From Clostridia bacterium (GTDB lineage: Bacteria; Bacillota; Clostridia; Christensenellales; QALW01), in NCBI GenBank assembly GCA_017502165.1, contig JAFVVO010000043.1:26409-90408 (forward strand): DNA of 64,000 nucleotides. The letters run 5' to 3'. The notes below the pieces were generated by a model. That model made no database searches. It saw only the letters and a list, made by a program, of their open reading frames with translations, and was not told the DNA's origin. Positions 28,001 through 37,872 of the stretch are shown one piece after another. Position 1 is the first letter of the stretch; every line of letters begins with the position of its first letter. The translations under genes were made by a program, and so were the position numbers.

Positions 28001-29533
28001 ATGCCCGAGGAATTGTTTGCTAAACTTAAAAAGAATATTCTCCCCCAATGGAAAGCCTGCTTTTTTGCAGCAATTATCATTGGGTTAATTGCCCACGCAT
28101 ATAAAATTACAAATTGGCTTCCTAATTGGGATTCACTTGTTTTCCGTTATGACGAGCAAAATATGCTTTCCCTGGGCCGTTGGTTTTTGCCCGTTGCCTC
28201 AGCCCCAAGCTCCTTTTACGATTTGCCTTGGCTTGCGGGCTTTATATCCATTTTGTTTCACGCCCTCGGCGCAGTCGTTATCTGCCGAATCTTTAACGTT
28301 AAAAAGAACTTAACGGCAATTTTAATCGGTGGCGCAGTAGTTTCATTTCCTACCGTTACTTCCGTATTGCTTTACAACTACGTTGCCGATGCCTATGCGT
28401 TATCATTTCTTTTTGCCTGCCTGTCGGCGTTTTTGTTAACTAAAGAAAAGCCTAATCATATTGCTGCAACGATTTTACTCGCTTTATCCGTAGGAATTTA
28501 TCAGGCTTACGTTACCGTAACGGTAATGCTTCTTCTTTGTTTTCTTGTGCTTGAAGCCTTAAAAAAAGAGGTTACCGCAAAGGAGCTTTTAATCAAATGC
28601 GGAAAATTCTTGCTTACGGGCATTGCAGGAATGGCTGTTTATTATCTGGTTTTAACCGTTACCCTGAAGCTTACTAATACCGAGCTTTTAGATTATCAGG
28701 GATTAAGTGATGCAACAAGCCTTGCAGGCTTAGATATTTTAGGCTCACTATACGTTATCAAAGAATCCTTTGTTAATTATTTCTTTGATTTTTCCGCAGG
28801 TATAAGCCTTTTTAACGTACTTAACTTACTGTTTTTAAGTGCAACGGTGGTTTTGTATCTGCTTGAAATTATAAAAAACAAGCTTCCCTTAGGAAAGATT
28901 TTACTTGTTTTACTTTTTGCCCTTTTATTGCCCTTTGGCGCAAGTATTCTTGCTTTTATTAACAGCAGTATTGATTACCACAATTTAATGAAAATGGGCT
29001 TCTTCGTGTTTTACCTGTTCTTCATTCTTCTTTTTGAAAAATTCGAAGCAGGCAAAAATAAAGCAAGCCTTATTAAGCCTTGGCTTGTGCTTATATTAAC
29101 AAGCCTGCTGATATTTAATCAGATAGTTATTGCTAACGTAAGCTATCACAAAATAAATATTGCTTACGAAAAATCCTACGGCGTGCTGATTCGCATAGCA
29201 GATAGAATAGAGCAAACCGAGGGCAGTGAAAACTGCAGTAAACTTTTAGTTGTAGGCTCCCTTGAAAACAGTGAGGGCTACAGTTCTTTGGTTCACCTTG
29301 ATATGACCGGCACCACCGACGGCTTTATTCTTCGTGCAGACGATGAAATAGTAGGTCAGAGCGTTTTATGCAGTGCCTTGAACGACTACTGTGAAACCAA
29401 CTACACCTTTTTAGCAGGTGACGAAAAAGCAGAGGTTCTTTCTAAAATAGACGAAAGCTCCTTAGGAATTTGGCCTGCAAAAAATTCCGTCTTGGTTTTT
29501 GAAGACGTTATCATTGTTAAACTTGGCGATTAG
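28001..29533 (+). CDS. Polytopic membrane protein, GtrII/GT-C-like glucosyltransferase-domain protein
   Basis: About 11 TM helices plus a soluble C-terminal domain. The N-terminal HAYKITNWLPNWDSL motif resembles the Glucos_trans_II family. The call is tentative. Confidence 0.5.
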   Translation: MPEELFAKLKKNILPQWKACFFAAIIIGLIAHAYKITNWLPNWDSLVFRYDEQNMLSLGRWFLPVASAPSSFYDLPWLAGFISILFHALGAVVICRIFNVKKNLTAILIGGAVVSFPTVTSVLLYNYVADAYALSFLFACLSAFLLTKEKPNHIAATILLALSVGIYQAYVTVTVMLLLCFLVLEALKKEVTAKELLIKCGKFLLTGIAGMAVYYLVLTVTLKLTNTELLDYQGLSDATSLAGLDILGSLYVIKESFVNYFFDFSAGISLFNVLNLLFLSATVVLYLLEIIKNKLPLGKILLVLLFALLLPFGASILAFINSSIDYHNLMKMGFFVFYLFFILLFEKFEAGKNKASLIKPWLVLILTSLLIFNQIVIANVSYHKINIAYEKSYGVLIRIADRIEQTEGSENCSKLLVVGSLENSEGYSSLVHLDMTGTTDGFILRADDEIVGQSVLCSALNDYCETNYTFLAGDEKAEVLSKIDESSLGIWPAKNSVLVFEDVIIVKLGD

Positions 29534-29544
29534 AGGTGTGAAAA

Positions 29545-30396
29545 ATGGTATATTTTTGTGCGGACGATTACGGCATAGCCAAGCAATGCAATAACCGCAT
29601 AGAAAAATGCCTTGATGACGGCGTATTAAACAAGGTAAGCGTTTTGCCTAACGGTGAAACGGAAAACTTTAAGCTTCGTCTTGAAGAAAAAGGTGCAAAA
29701 ATTTCCCTGCATCTTAATTTGGTAGAGGGGTATCCCTTATCAAGCCCGCAAGACGTTCCCTTGCTTATAACCCCGCAAGGCACTTTCAAACATTCGTTTG
29801 TAGGATTGTTGTTCTTATCTCTTTCAAAAAACAGAAGAGATTTTGAAAAACAGATATATAAAGAAATACAAAAGCAGCTGGAATTTTGGAAAACAAACTT
29901 GGGCGATGCACCCCTTTGGCTTGACAGCCACCAGCACGTGCATATGATTCCCCTTGTTTTCAGAACCTTGCTTAAAGCGCTTGAAGACGAAAAAATTAAG
30001 GTAGAATATCTTCGTATTCCTTCCGAGCCGATTTTACCGTATCTGCTTACACCGAGCTTATATCTTAAGCTGCGTCCCATAAACCTTATAAAGCAATGGC
30101 TGTTGAATTTTTTAGCATTAGTAAACAGAAAAGCTCTTAAAAAATCAAAAATTCCTTACGCTTACTTTATGGGCGTTGCCTTTTCAGGCTTTTTAACCAA
30201 GGAAAAAATTGAAAAATTGCTTCCTAAATACTTAAAACTTGCCCAAATGCACAATAAAGACGTGGAAATTACTCTGCACCCCGGATTTTTGGAAGCGGGT
30301 GAAAGCCTTTCCATCGGTTGCAGGGCAGATTTTGAGAAATTTTATTTTTCATCAGGGCGCAAACAAGAATTCGACACCCTGTTAAATCTTAAATAA
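29545..30396 (+). CDS. YdjC/ChbG-family carbohydrate deacetylase
   Basis: CADDYGI, LHLNLVEG and DSHQHVHM motifs. Confidence 0.8.
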   Translation: MVYFCADDYGIAKQCNNRIEKCLDDGVLNKVSVLPNGETENFKLRLEEKGAKISLHLNLVEGYPLSSPQDVPLLITPQGTFKHSFVGLLFLSLSKNRRDFEKQIYKEIQKQLEFWKTNLGDAPLWLDSHQHVHMIPLVFRTLLKALEDEKIKVEYLRIPSEPILPYLLTPSLYLKLRPINLIKQWLLNFLALVNRKALKKSKIPYAYFMGVAFSGFLTKEKIEKLLPKYLKLAQMHNKDVEITLHPGFLEAGESLSIGCRADFEKFYFSSGRKQEFDTLLNLK

Positions 30397-30423
30397 TCAT
30401 TATGTTGAAAGAAGGTTCTGTAA

Positions 30424-31104
30424 ATGCCCTATATTGACAGTGAAAAGGTTGATGAGAAGACTCGGGCAAAATTAGCTGCATTGATTGAAAAATCCTATTC
30501 GTCATATTGGATGAAAAAAAGACTTTTCGACATTTTCTTTGCGACGATTATTCTGCTTATGTTTTTGCCCTTAATGATTATAATTGCCATTGTAATCTGT
30601 ATTGACGATCCAAGCGCAGGTCCATTCTTTAAGCAAAAACGAGTAGGCCGCCACGGGAAAGAATTTTATATGTATAAATTCCGCACAATGCGTCCCAACG
30701 CAGAAGCGCTTCTTGAAGAGTTAAAAGACAAAAACGAAATGGACGGCCCCGTATTCAAAATTACCGACGATCCAAGAATAACCAGGGTAGGTAAATTTTT
30801 GCGCAAGCTTTCTTTGGACGAACTTATGCAGTTCTTCAATGTTTTTAAGGGCGATATGACCTTGGTTGGTCCCCGTCCGCCGCTGCCAAGAGAAGTAGAA
30901 TTTTACACAGATTATCAAAAGCTCCGCCTGCACGTTACTCCCGGGTTAACTTGCACCTGGCAGATTTCAAAAAACAGAAACGACATACCCTTTGAACAGT
31001 GGGTTGAAATGGATTTGGATTACATACAAAACCGCACCTTCCCGGGTGACATTTTAATTATGCTCAAAACGCCTATCGTTATGATAAGCGCAACGGGCAG
31101 ATAA
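30424..31104 (+). CDS. Polyprenyl-phosphate sugar-1-phosphate transferase (initiating bacterial sugar transferase, WbaP/EpsL type)
   Basis: KRLFDIFFA, PFFKQKRVGRHGKEFYMYKFRTM, DELMQFFNVFKGDMTLVGPRP. Confidence 0.9.
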   Translation: MPYIDSEKVDEKTRAKLAALIEKSYSSYWMKKRLFDIFFATIILLMFLPLMIIIAIVICIDDPSAGPFFKQKRVGRHGKEFYMYKFRTMRPNAEALLEELKDKNEMDGPVFKITDDPRITRVGKFLRKLSLDELMQFFNVFKGDMTLVGPRPPLPREVEFYTDYQKLRLHVTPGLTCTWQISKNRNDIPFEQWVEMDLDYIQNRTFPGDILIMLKTPIVMISATGR

Positions 31105-31126
31105 ACTCTTTTTAGGAGAAATAAAA

Positions 31127-32257
31127 ATGAAAGTTGCAATGATTGGCCATAAGGTTGTCCCCTCAAGACGAGGAGGCATAGAAAACGTGCTTACAAGCCT
31201 TTGTCCGCTTTTAGCCGATAAGGATATAGACGTAACCTGCTACAACCGTTCAAGTGATAAGGTTGAAAACGAGTTTGTTTCTATGGTTCAAAACAACAAA
31301 TTCGGCAAAATAACCTTAAAAAATGCGTGGACAATTAACAAAAAAGGTCTCTCCGCTATGGTTGCTTCCTTTACCGCAGCAATCAGCGCATCTTTCTCTG
31401 ATTACGATATTATTCACTTTCACGCCGAAGGTCCCTGCGCTGCCATGCCCTTGCCAAAGCTTTTCGGCAAAAAGCTGGTAGCTACCGTTCACGGTCTTGA
31501 CTGGCAAAGAGAAAAGTGGGGCAACAGCTTTGCTTCCAAATACATAAAATTCGGCGAACGCGTTATGGTAAGATGCGCCGACGAAATCATCGTTTTAAGC
31601 CAAAGCGCAAAAGAATACTTCAAGGAAACCTACGGACGCGAAACGGTACTTATTCATAACGGAATTAACCGTCCAAGTAAAAAAGAAGCAGATATAATTA
31701 CAAAGAAGTACGGTCTTAACAAAAACGAATATATCTGTCTTGTTTCCAGGCTTACCGCCGAAAAAGGCGTGCATTATCTACTTGACGCCTTTAACAGAAT
31801 TAAAACAGACAAAAAGCTTGTTATTGCAGGGGACACAAGTGACACAGACCAATACGTTGCTATGCTTAAGGAAATGGCTAAGGATAACCCAAACATTATC
31901 TTTACGGGTTTTGTTTCAGGTGACGTTCTTAAGGAAATTTACAGTAACGCATACCTTGTAACTCTTCCTTCGGACATTGAAGGTATGTCCCTGAGCTTGT
32001 TGGAAGCCCTTGCTTTCGGTAACGCGGTGTTATGCTCGGATATTCCCGAAAACACCTTGGTTACTGAGGACAGAGCAATACTGTTTGAAAAAAGCAACGT
32101 GGACGACTTAACAAGCAAGCTGCAGGAAATGTGTGATAATGAAGCGTTGGTAACGAACCTTAAACAAGGTGTTGACGATTTTATTCTCGGCAAATATTCT
32201 TGGCTTGACGTTGCAACGGAAACAGCAACTCTTTATAAAAAGGTTTTAGGAAACTAA
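31127..32257 (+). CDS. GT4 glycosyltransferase with DUF1972-type N-terminus (WchF/RgpA-like)
   Basis: MKVAMIGHKVVPSRRGGIENV and a C-terminal EGMSLSLLEALAFG. Confidence 0.8.
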   Translation: MKVAMIGHKVVPSRRGGIENVLTSLCPLLADKDIDVTCYNRSSDKVENEFVSMVQNNKFGKITLKNAWTINKKGLSAMVASFTAAISASFSDYDIIHFHAEGPCAAMPLPKLFGKKLVATVHGLDWQREKWGNSFASKYIKFGERVMVRCADEIIVLSQSAKEYFKETYGRETVLIHNGINRPSKKEADIITKKYGLNKNEYICLVSRLTAEKGVHYLLDAFNRIKTDKKLVIAGDTSDTDQYVAMLKEMAKDNPNIIFTGFVSGDVLKEIYSNAYLVTLPSDIEGMSLSLLEALAFGNAVLCSDIPENTLVTEDRAILFEKSNVDDLTSKLQEMCDNEALVTNLKQGVDDFILGKYSWLDVATETATLYKKVLGN

Positions 32258-32275
32258 CGGAAAGGAATTTTATTT

Positions 32276-33247
32276 ATGAAACAAGAAAAGCTTACTACAA
32301 AGCCCAGAAAACGAGCCCGTGCAATATTTCTGTTTATAATCAGCTTGCTTTCTGTATTGGTTGCCTTTACTATTGCGGTAGTTGGCTGCAACTACGTTGA
32401 AAATCAAAATTTTAAGGAAACCTTTTACTGTGTGAGCAGTCTTAAGGTTCACAACAAAATAAGAATAGTTCAGCTTTCCGATCTGCACTCGTCCTATTAC
32501 GGTGCTGAAAACGCGAAGTTGCTGGACAGAGTTACTAAATTAAACCCTGATATAATTCTGTTAACGGGTGATTGCATTGATTCCGATTCCGTTGACGATG
32601 CAGGTACCGTAACTCTGTGCGCCAAGTTTACGGATATTGCCCCTACCTATTATATTTACGGCAACAACGAAGTGGAAAAATATTATTACGGCGCTCTTAC
32701 TCAGGAAACTTTAGATAAAAAGTTTGGCTTTACTGACGAAACCCGTCAACCCTCCAAGCTTCTTGATATGACGGATGCCTTGGCTGAAAAGTTAAAAAAG
32801 GCAGGGGTAAAGGTTCTCAAAAATTCCTTTGATACCATTACCATCGGAACCACCAACGTTGATATTTACGGTGTGCTTACTTCGAACCCCTCGGCTTTTT
32901 GGTCCTATGCGGGAGACAGCTTCGACGAGTTTATTTATTCTAACGAAAACAACCTTAAGATTACCGCTATTCACGAGCCTACCGTTTTTGAAGAGTATGC
33001 GCCTGATTCATGGGGCGACTTGATGCTCGCAGGTCACACCCACGGCGGTCACGCTCGACTTCCCATTGTCGGCCCCGTTTACACTCACGAAGACGGTATG
33101 CTGCCTGCAAAAACAGGCCATTACGTTTACGGCCGATACGACGTGCAGGGAAGACCTCTTATTATTTCTTCCGGTCTGGAAAACAAGAGCTTCTTCAGAA
33201 TTAACAATCCTCCCGAAATTGTGGTTGTAGACGTAAATAAATTTTAA
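32276..33247 (+). CDS. Membrane-anchored calcineurin-like metallophosphoesterase
   Basis: N-terminal TM segment, then QLSDLHS, LLTGD, GNNE and GHTHGG motifs. Confidence 0.8.
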   Translation: MKQEKLTTKPRKRARAIFLFIISLLSVLVAFTIAVVGCNYVENQNFKETFYCVSSLKVHNKIRIVQLSDLHSSYYGAENAKLLDRVTKLNPDIILLTGDCIDSDSVDDAGTVTLCAKFTDIAPTYYIYGNNEVEKYYYGALTQETLDKKFGFTDETRQPSKLLDMTDALAEKLKKAGVKVLKNSFDTITIGTTNVDIYGVLTSNPSAFWSYAGDSFDEFIYSNENNLKITAIHEPTVFEEYAPDSWGDLMLAGHTHGGHARLPIVGPVYTHEDGMLPAKTGHYVYGRYDVQGRPLIISSGLENKSFFRINNPPEIVVVDVNKF

Positions 33248-33267
33248 TTTTCAAAAGGAGATTCCCT

Positions 33268-34626
33268 ATGTATTCAGCAATTTTGCAGAAAATACCCGTT
33301 ATAATAGCAGGTTTAATTCTGTTGCTCGCGCTTTTGAGAATATATTTCCGCTCAAAAAACGTTACTAAAAGCGAGTTTGTTAAAATACTAAAAAGCACTA
33401 AATATCTGCAGGCAGGCGTGCTTATTTTCGTATTTATTATTACCGCCTTGTTCGGTGTATTTAATCATTTTAAGGCAAAGCAATCCGTTAGCGCAATAGT
33501 TGCTCTTAACTATTCCGAGGCTTCGCAGGCACAAAACTCCAACGGCACAAGATATAATATGACTGAAATCGTCTGTGATGAGGTTGTTGATCGAGCCATC
33601 GAAATGGGTGCTTTTGAAAACGTTACAACAAAACAGCTTAAGGAATGTCTTTCCGTTTACCCCCACGTGCAGGGTGACGTGAACGATGAGGCCAATTACC
33701 ATATTTCTACAGAATTTGTTGTAGAATATCACGCTTCAAAACATACTCAGCACTTAAATTCCGAAAACGTAATAATGCTGATTACAAGCGCTTACAAGGA
33801 ATACTACATAGAAAAATATACGGACAATTTCAACCTTACTGAGCAGGAAGAAAAGCCGGACTTTTCAACTATGGAGTATATGGATATAGTTTCCTACTTT
33901 AACAAGGAAACCACATCAGTGCTTAACTATCTGTACGGAATGGCAGAAAAGGGTCCAAGCTTCGTTACTTCAAATGATTCAACCTTCCATTCAATCGCAG
34001 GAAAGGTTTATCAGTTTAAGTCAACCCAGATTGAGCAAAACCTGCAGTCGCTGATTTTACAGTACGGAATTGTGCGTGATAAATCCAATTATATTGACAG
34101 ACTTTCTTACCAAAACAAAAATACCGACTTTGATAAGCAGAAAAACACCGCGTCATTTAACCTTTGCAATCAGGCAATAGATTTGTATTCCGAAGAAATG
34201 ACGAGAATAGTTTTAGTGCCCACTTGGGACGAAAACGGAAAGTTCTATATGGGCAGAACTCAGGTTGGTATTGACGAATTATCCGTAATGGCAACGTCAT
34301 TTAGTGAAAACGTTGCGGCAAACAACAAAGAAATTATGGATAACAAGCTTATTATTGAAAAAATGCAAAAGGCAAGCGGAAGCACTGCCGCCCGAGAAGA
34401 AGCCGATGCACTGATTGCTTCAATTGACAAAAGCATAGATAACTTTACTGCCGAAGCAATAAAAGCGGGCAGAGAATATTCAAACTACACGATGAATCAA
34501 TGTATTGCCGTAAGTATTTCAGGAACGTCACTCCTGAGCGAATTAAAAACCGTTGTTATCTTTGCTTGTTTAGCTTATGTTGCGGCAATTTCCCGTTCAG
34601 TTTCAAAAAAATTCCCCAAACCATAA
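33268..34626 (+). CDS. Hypothetical membrane protein with PCP-like topology (N-terminal TMs, ~330-aa external domain, C-terminal TM)
   Basis: TM segments are present at both ends. No recognised catalytic motifs. It sits next to the PCP-GGDEF fusion. Confidence 0.5.
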   Translation: MYSAILQKIPVIIAGLILLLALLRIYFRSKNVTKSEFVKILKSTKYLQAGVLIFVFIITALFGVFNHFKAKQSVSAIVALNYSEASQAQNSNGTRYNMTEIVCDEVVDRAIEMGAFENVTTKQLKECLSVYPHVQGDVNDEANYHISTEFVVEYHASKHTQHLNSENVIMLITSAYKEYYIEKYTDNFNLTEQEEKPDFSTMEYMDIVSYFNKETTSVLNYLYGMAEKGPSFVTSNDSTFHSIAGKVYQFKSTQIEQNLQSLILQYGIVRDKSNYIDRLSYQNKNTDFDKQKNTASFNLCNQAIDLYSEEMTRIVLVPTWDENGKFYMGRTQVGIDELSVMATSFSENVAANNKEIMDNKLIIEKMQKASGSTAAREEADALIASIDKSIDNFTAEAIKAGREYSNYTMNQCIAVSISGTSLLSELKTVVIFACLAYVAAISRSVSKKFPKP

Positions 34627-34647
34627 ATCACGTAGGAAGGTGAAAAA

Positions 34648-36531
34648 ATGAAAAATTTCAAAATTATGCGATATTTGAAAAAGCTTTTGCCAATCATTGT
34701 GATTTTATGCGTTGTTGCTACCTACGGAATATACGTTAAGCTGAACGATTCCAACACCTACGTAGCTTCCGAGGTTATTCATTACAATGACCCGGCCGCC
34801 GAGCAGGGCTTAACGCCCACCGGCTCGAAATTAGACGTTAATGAAATTAAATCTTCCGCTATTTTGTCAAAGGTTGTTGACAGAATGGGCCTTACGGGCA
34901 TTTACTCAGTTGACAGTCTTATTTCAAGAATTTCCATTACTCCTTTACCCGACGAGGATAAGCTTGCGCAAAAGGAAGCCAAGCTTGAAGAGGGTGAGGA
35001 ATACGTTTACGAGCCCAGCACTTACATTGTTTCATTTACCGCCACAAACGACGAGGGCTCCGTTTTTGCAAGAACTATTCTTGACGAAACTCTTGACGTG
35101 TATTTTGCCGAATACAGTCAGAAATACGTTAACGTAGCTCCTGCTAAAAACATTATAGACAACACCGAAAGTGCAAATTACGACTATATTGAAATGGTTG
35201 AGCTTATTGACGTTGGTATTGACGAAACCTTAACCACCTTATATCAGCGTATGGACCAGAATCCATACTACCGCTCAACTAAAACGGGCGCTTCCTTCAG
35301 TGATTTGGCGGACGATTTTAATTACCTTCGTTCCGTTAAGCTTTCATCAATGTTCTCCAAGATTTATAAATACCAAATCACAAAAAACAAGACTCTTCTT
35401 GTTTCAGACTATAAAACAAGAATTGATAATAACGTTATATTAAACGCCAAAGAAGAAAGCATCGTTAAAGACACCGTTGCCGTTATTGACGCTTACGTTG
35501 AAAAAATGAGAGAGTCAGGCAACACGAACATTACTTACGAATATATTCTTGATAATCTTCACGACGGCAATTTAGTTGACGGTAACGGCAATCCTCTTTT
35601 CGCCGGTGACCAGACCGTAACCTATGACGAGCTTATTTTCAGCTGGAGAGACCACAAGGAAACAAAAGAGTATTCCGTTATTGATTCAGCATACTGCAAT
35701 TATCTTATTAACACCTTTACCGCCTGCACAGGCGCTTGCGATCCTGAGCACAGAGAATGTGCTACTTCAAACAAGACCTGCACGGAAATTCATAACGAAA
35801 ACTACCAGCAGTTAAAGACCGAGCTTGACGAAGAAATCAACACTCTTATATCAGATTTAACCGAGCTTTACAACTTAACTATGAGCACCAACGAAGAATA
35901 CAACCAATATCTTGGCGCAAGCTACATTTCAGTTTTGTCCTCAGCTTCTGTTAAGCCCAGTATTAACGTTATTCTTTACACTCTTATTGCGTTCTTCTTC
36001 CTTATTGTTCTCTGCTGCGGCGGCGCAATAGTTTTAGCAAGAGTGGCTGATATTGTAAACTACGTTTTCTATACCGACCATCTTACAAATCTTTATAACC
36101 GTGCTTACTTTGATAAGTATCTTAAATCAATGGACAAAAAGCTTCTTGACGACGGAACGGTTTACTGCATAATTGAAATTTCAAACCTTGCCGCAATTAA
36201 CGCTGAATTCTCCCGTCAGGTTGGTGACGAGGTAATTAAAACCTTTACCTCATACTTAAAAGAAGCCTTTGGTAAAACTAACGCGGAATATATTTATAAC
36301 GGCAACGGCAGCTTCGTTGTTCTGGCACAAGATGCCGACTATATTACCGCTGAAGACATTTTAAGACTTTTCCGTATCAGACTTGATGAGCGTGACGTTT
36401 TCGAAGATTTCGCCATTGAATACAAGATTGGTATTGCCGAAAGCTTTAAGGAAAATAAAACTGCAAGAAAACTGCTTTCCGAAGCAATTAAGAGCAAAAA
36501 GGACTTCGTAGCCGAAATTATTGAAAAATAA
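34648..36531 (+). CDS. Wzz/PCP-like polysaccharide co-polymerase fused to a C-terminal degenerate GGDEF domain
   Basis: TM1 (LLPIIVILCVVATYGIYV), a Wzz-like start (TYVASEVIHYNDP), a coiled-coil segment and TM2 (INVILYTLIAFFFLIVLCCGGAIVLA). Then DHLTNLYNRAYF...IEISNLAAINAEFSRQVGDE...GNGSF (36301-36315), where GG[DE]EF would be expected. Confidence 0.7.
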   Translation: MKNFKIMRYLKKLLPIIVILCVVATYGIYVKLNDSNTYVASEVIHYNDPAAEQGLTPTGSKLDVNEIKSSAILSKVVDRMGLTGIYSVDSLISRISITPLPDEDKLAQKEAKLEEGEEYVYEPSTYIVSFTATNDEGSVFARTILDETLDVYFAEYSQKYVNVAPAKNIIDNTESANYDYIEMVELIDVGIDETLTTLYQRMDQNPYYRSTKTGASFSDLADDFNYLRSVKLSSMFSKIYKYQITKNKTLLVSDYKTRIDNNVILNAKEESIVKDTVAVIDAYVEKMRESGNTNITYEYILDNLHDGNLVDGNGNPLFAGDQTVTYDELIFSWRDHKETKEYSVIDSAYCNYLINTFTACTGACDPEHRECATSNKTCTEIHNENYQQLKTELDEEINTLISDLTELYNLTMSTNEEYNQYLGASYISVLSSASVKPSINVILYTLIAFFFLIVLCCGGAIVLARVADIVNYVFYTDHLTNLYNRAYFDKYLKSMDKKLLDDGTVYCIIEISNLAAINAEFSRQVGDEVIKTFTSYLKEAFGKTNAEYIYNGNGSFVVLAQDADYITAEDILRLFRIRLDERDVFEDFAIEYKIGIAESFKENKTARKLLSEAIKSKKDFVAEIIEK

Positions 36532-36561
36532 ATACTGATTAAAATAGGGAAAGGAGGGCAA

Positions 36562-37872
36562 ATGAAAATGGAAAACAAACTGGCTAAGGTTGCGTTGAAG
36601 GGCTATTTTATCGCCGTAGCAACGCTGATGTACTATTTTCTTACAGAAACCATTAACCTTGGCATTTTCGTTACTTTCCGCCACGCATTTGCTCTCGTTC
36701 TGTTTTTCTCCGCGCTTTTATTCTTTTTGATTAAACCAAACATTGCCCGCGGCGCTTCCACGGTTTCAGGAACCTTTGTTTACTGTATTCCATTGCTCGT
36801 TACCCTTGCGGTATCCCTTTTTATTTGGTTTGCCACCCAAGTTGACACTTCCGTTATTGCCCGCGGACTCTCAGGCTTATTTGTTTACAACAATATGCTT
36901 TCCTTTACTCTTGCCGCCGTTTCATTTTTATATATCTTCGGCGAAAAGGGTATCTGGTATAACCTTATTGCAATTCTTATTTCAAACATACTGATAATTT
37001 GTACCGTTATTTTACAAAACGGCGTAGGCGCCTTCTTCTCGGAGTTTATAACCTTAATTATTACCTTCGCAGGAGAAACGGGTGACGTTATCGTGCAGGC
37101 GGAAATCCACGAGCTTGCATTCTGTCTTGGCGCTTACCTTATTTATATGTTCTTAAAGCCAAAGAAAAACGCCGCGTTTTTTATTTTGCTTGGACTTACC
37201 TTGTTCTGCTTCCTTGCCGCCTTTAAGCGAATTGGTATTATTGCTATCGTAGTTGCTCTGGCAATAGGCTGGTTCTTACAGTTTATTGCCAAGTTTAAAG
37301 CAAGCACTGCTAAAAATCTTGCGGTTATTTTGTCCGTTTGCCTTGTGTTTATACTTATAGGCTACGTTGCAATAATTAAGCTTGACGTTTTTACCCTGCT
37401 TGAAAAGGCAGGCATTAACACAAGCGGACGTGTGGAAATTTATAACGCGGTTGATAAGTTTTATGAGTTTTCTCCCGAATTTTTAGGTAACGGCATAGGC
37501 TTTTTAACCTATCAGCTGAGCACCAATATGAACGTGGGCGTTTCATCTGTTCACAACGACTTTTTACAGTATTTTATCGACCTTGGATTCTGGGGATATA
37601 TTTTATGGCTGGCTTCTATGACAATCGTTCGCGTTTGCTATTTCGGTAAAAATGGCAAAACGGAAAGCGCAATTATCACCCTGGCATTAACCGTTTATCT
37701 GCTGATAGTTTCTTCTACAGACAACACCTTAAATTATCCGTTGCTTACTACGGTGCTTGCAAGCATAATGATTGGTCACGGGTTTGACGAAACCGTGCGG
37801 GAAAAAGAATTGAGAATCTTTGGTTGTATTTCTGATGAAAATAAAGAAACGAAGGATAATTCGATATTATGA
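36562..37872 (+). CDS. wzy: O-antigen/EPS polymerase (Wzy / O-antigen ligase family)
   Basis: About 11 TM helices. It has the Wzy_C-like motif SSVHNDFLQYFIDLGFWG. Confidence 0.75.
   Translation: MKMENKLAKVALKGYFIAVATLMYYFLTETINLGIFVTFRHAFALVLFFSALLFFLIKPNIARGASTVSGTFVYCIPLLVTLAVSLFIWFATQVDTSVIARGLSGLFVYNNMLSFTLAAVSFLYIFGEKGIWYNLIAILISNILIICTVILQNGVGAFFSEFITLIITFAGETGDVIVQAEIHELAFCLGAYLIYMFLKPKKNAAFFILLGLTLFCFLAAFKRIGIIAIVVALAIGWFLQFIAKFKASTAKNLAVILSVCLVFILIGYVAIIKLDVFTLLEKAGINTSGRVEIYNAVDKFYEFSPEFLGNGIGFLTYQLSTNMNVGVSSVHNDFLQYFIDLGFWGYILWLASMTIVRVCYFGKNGKTESAIITLALTVYLLIVSSTDNTLNYPLLTTVLASIMIGHGFDETVREKELRIFGCISDENKETKDNSIL

Noticed and set aside
29568-30080. 170-aa minus-strand ORF inside the YdjC-like gene
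   Set aside because: It is an antisense shadow ORF. The plus-strand product has clear YdjC motifs.
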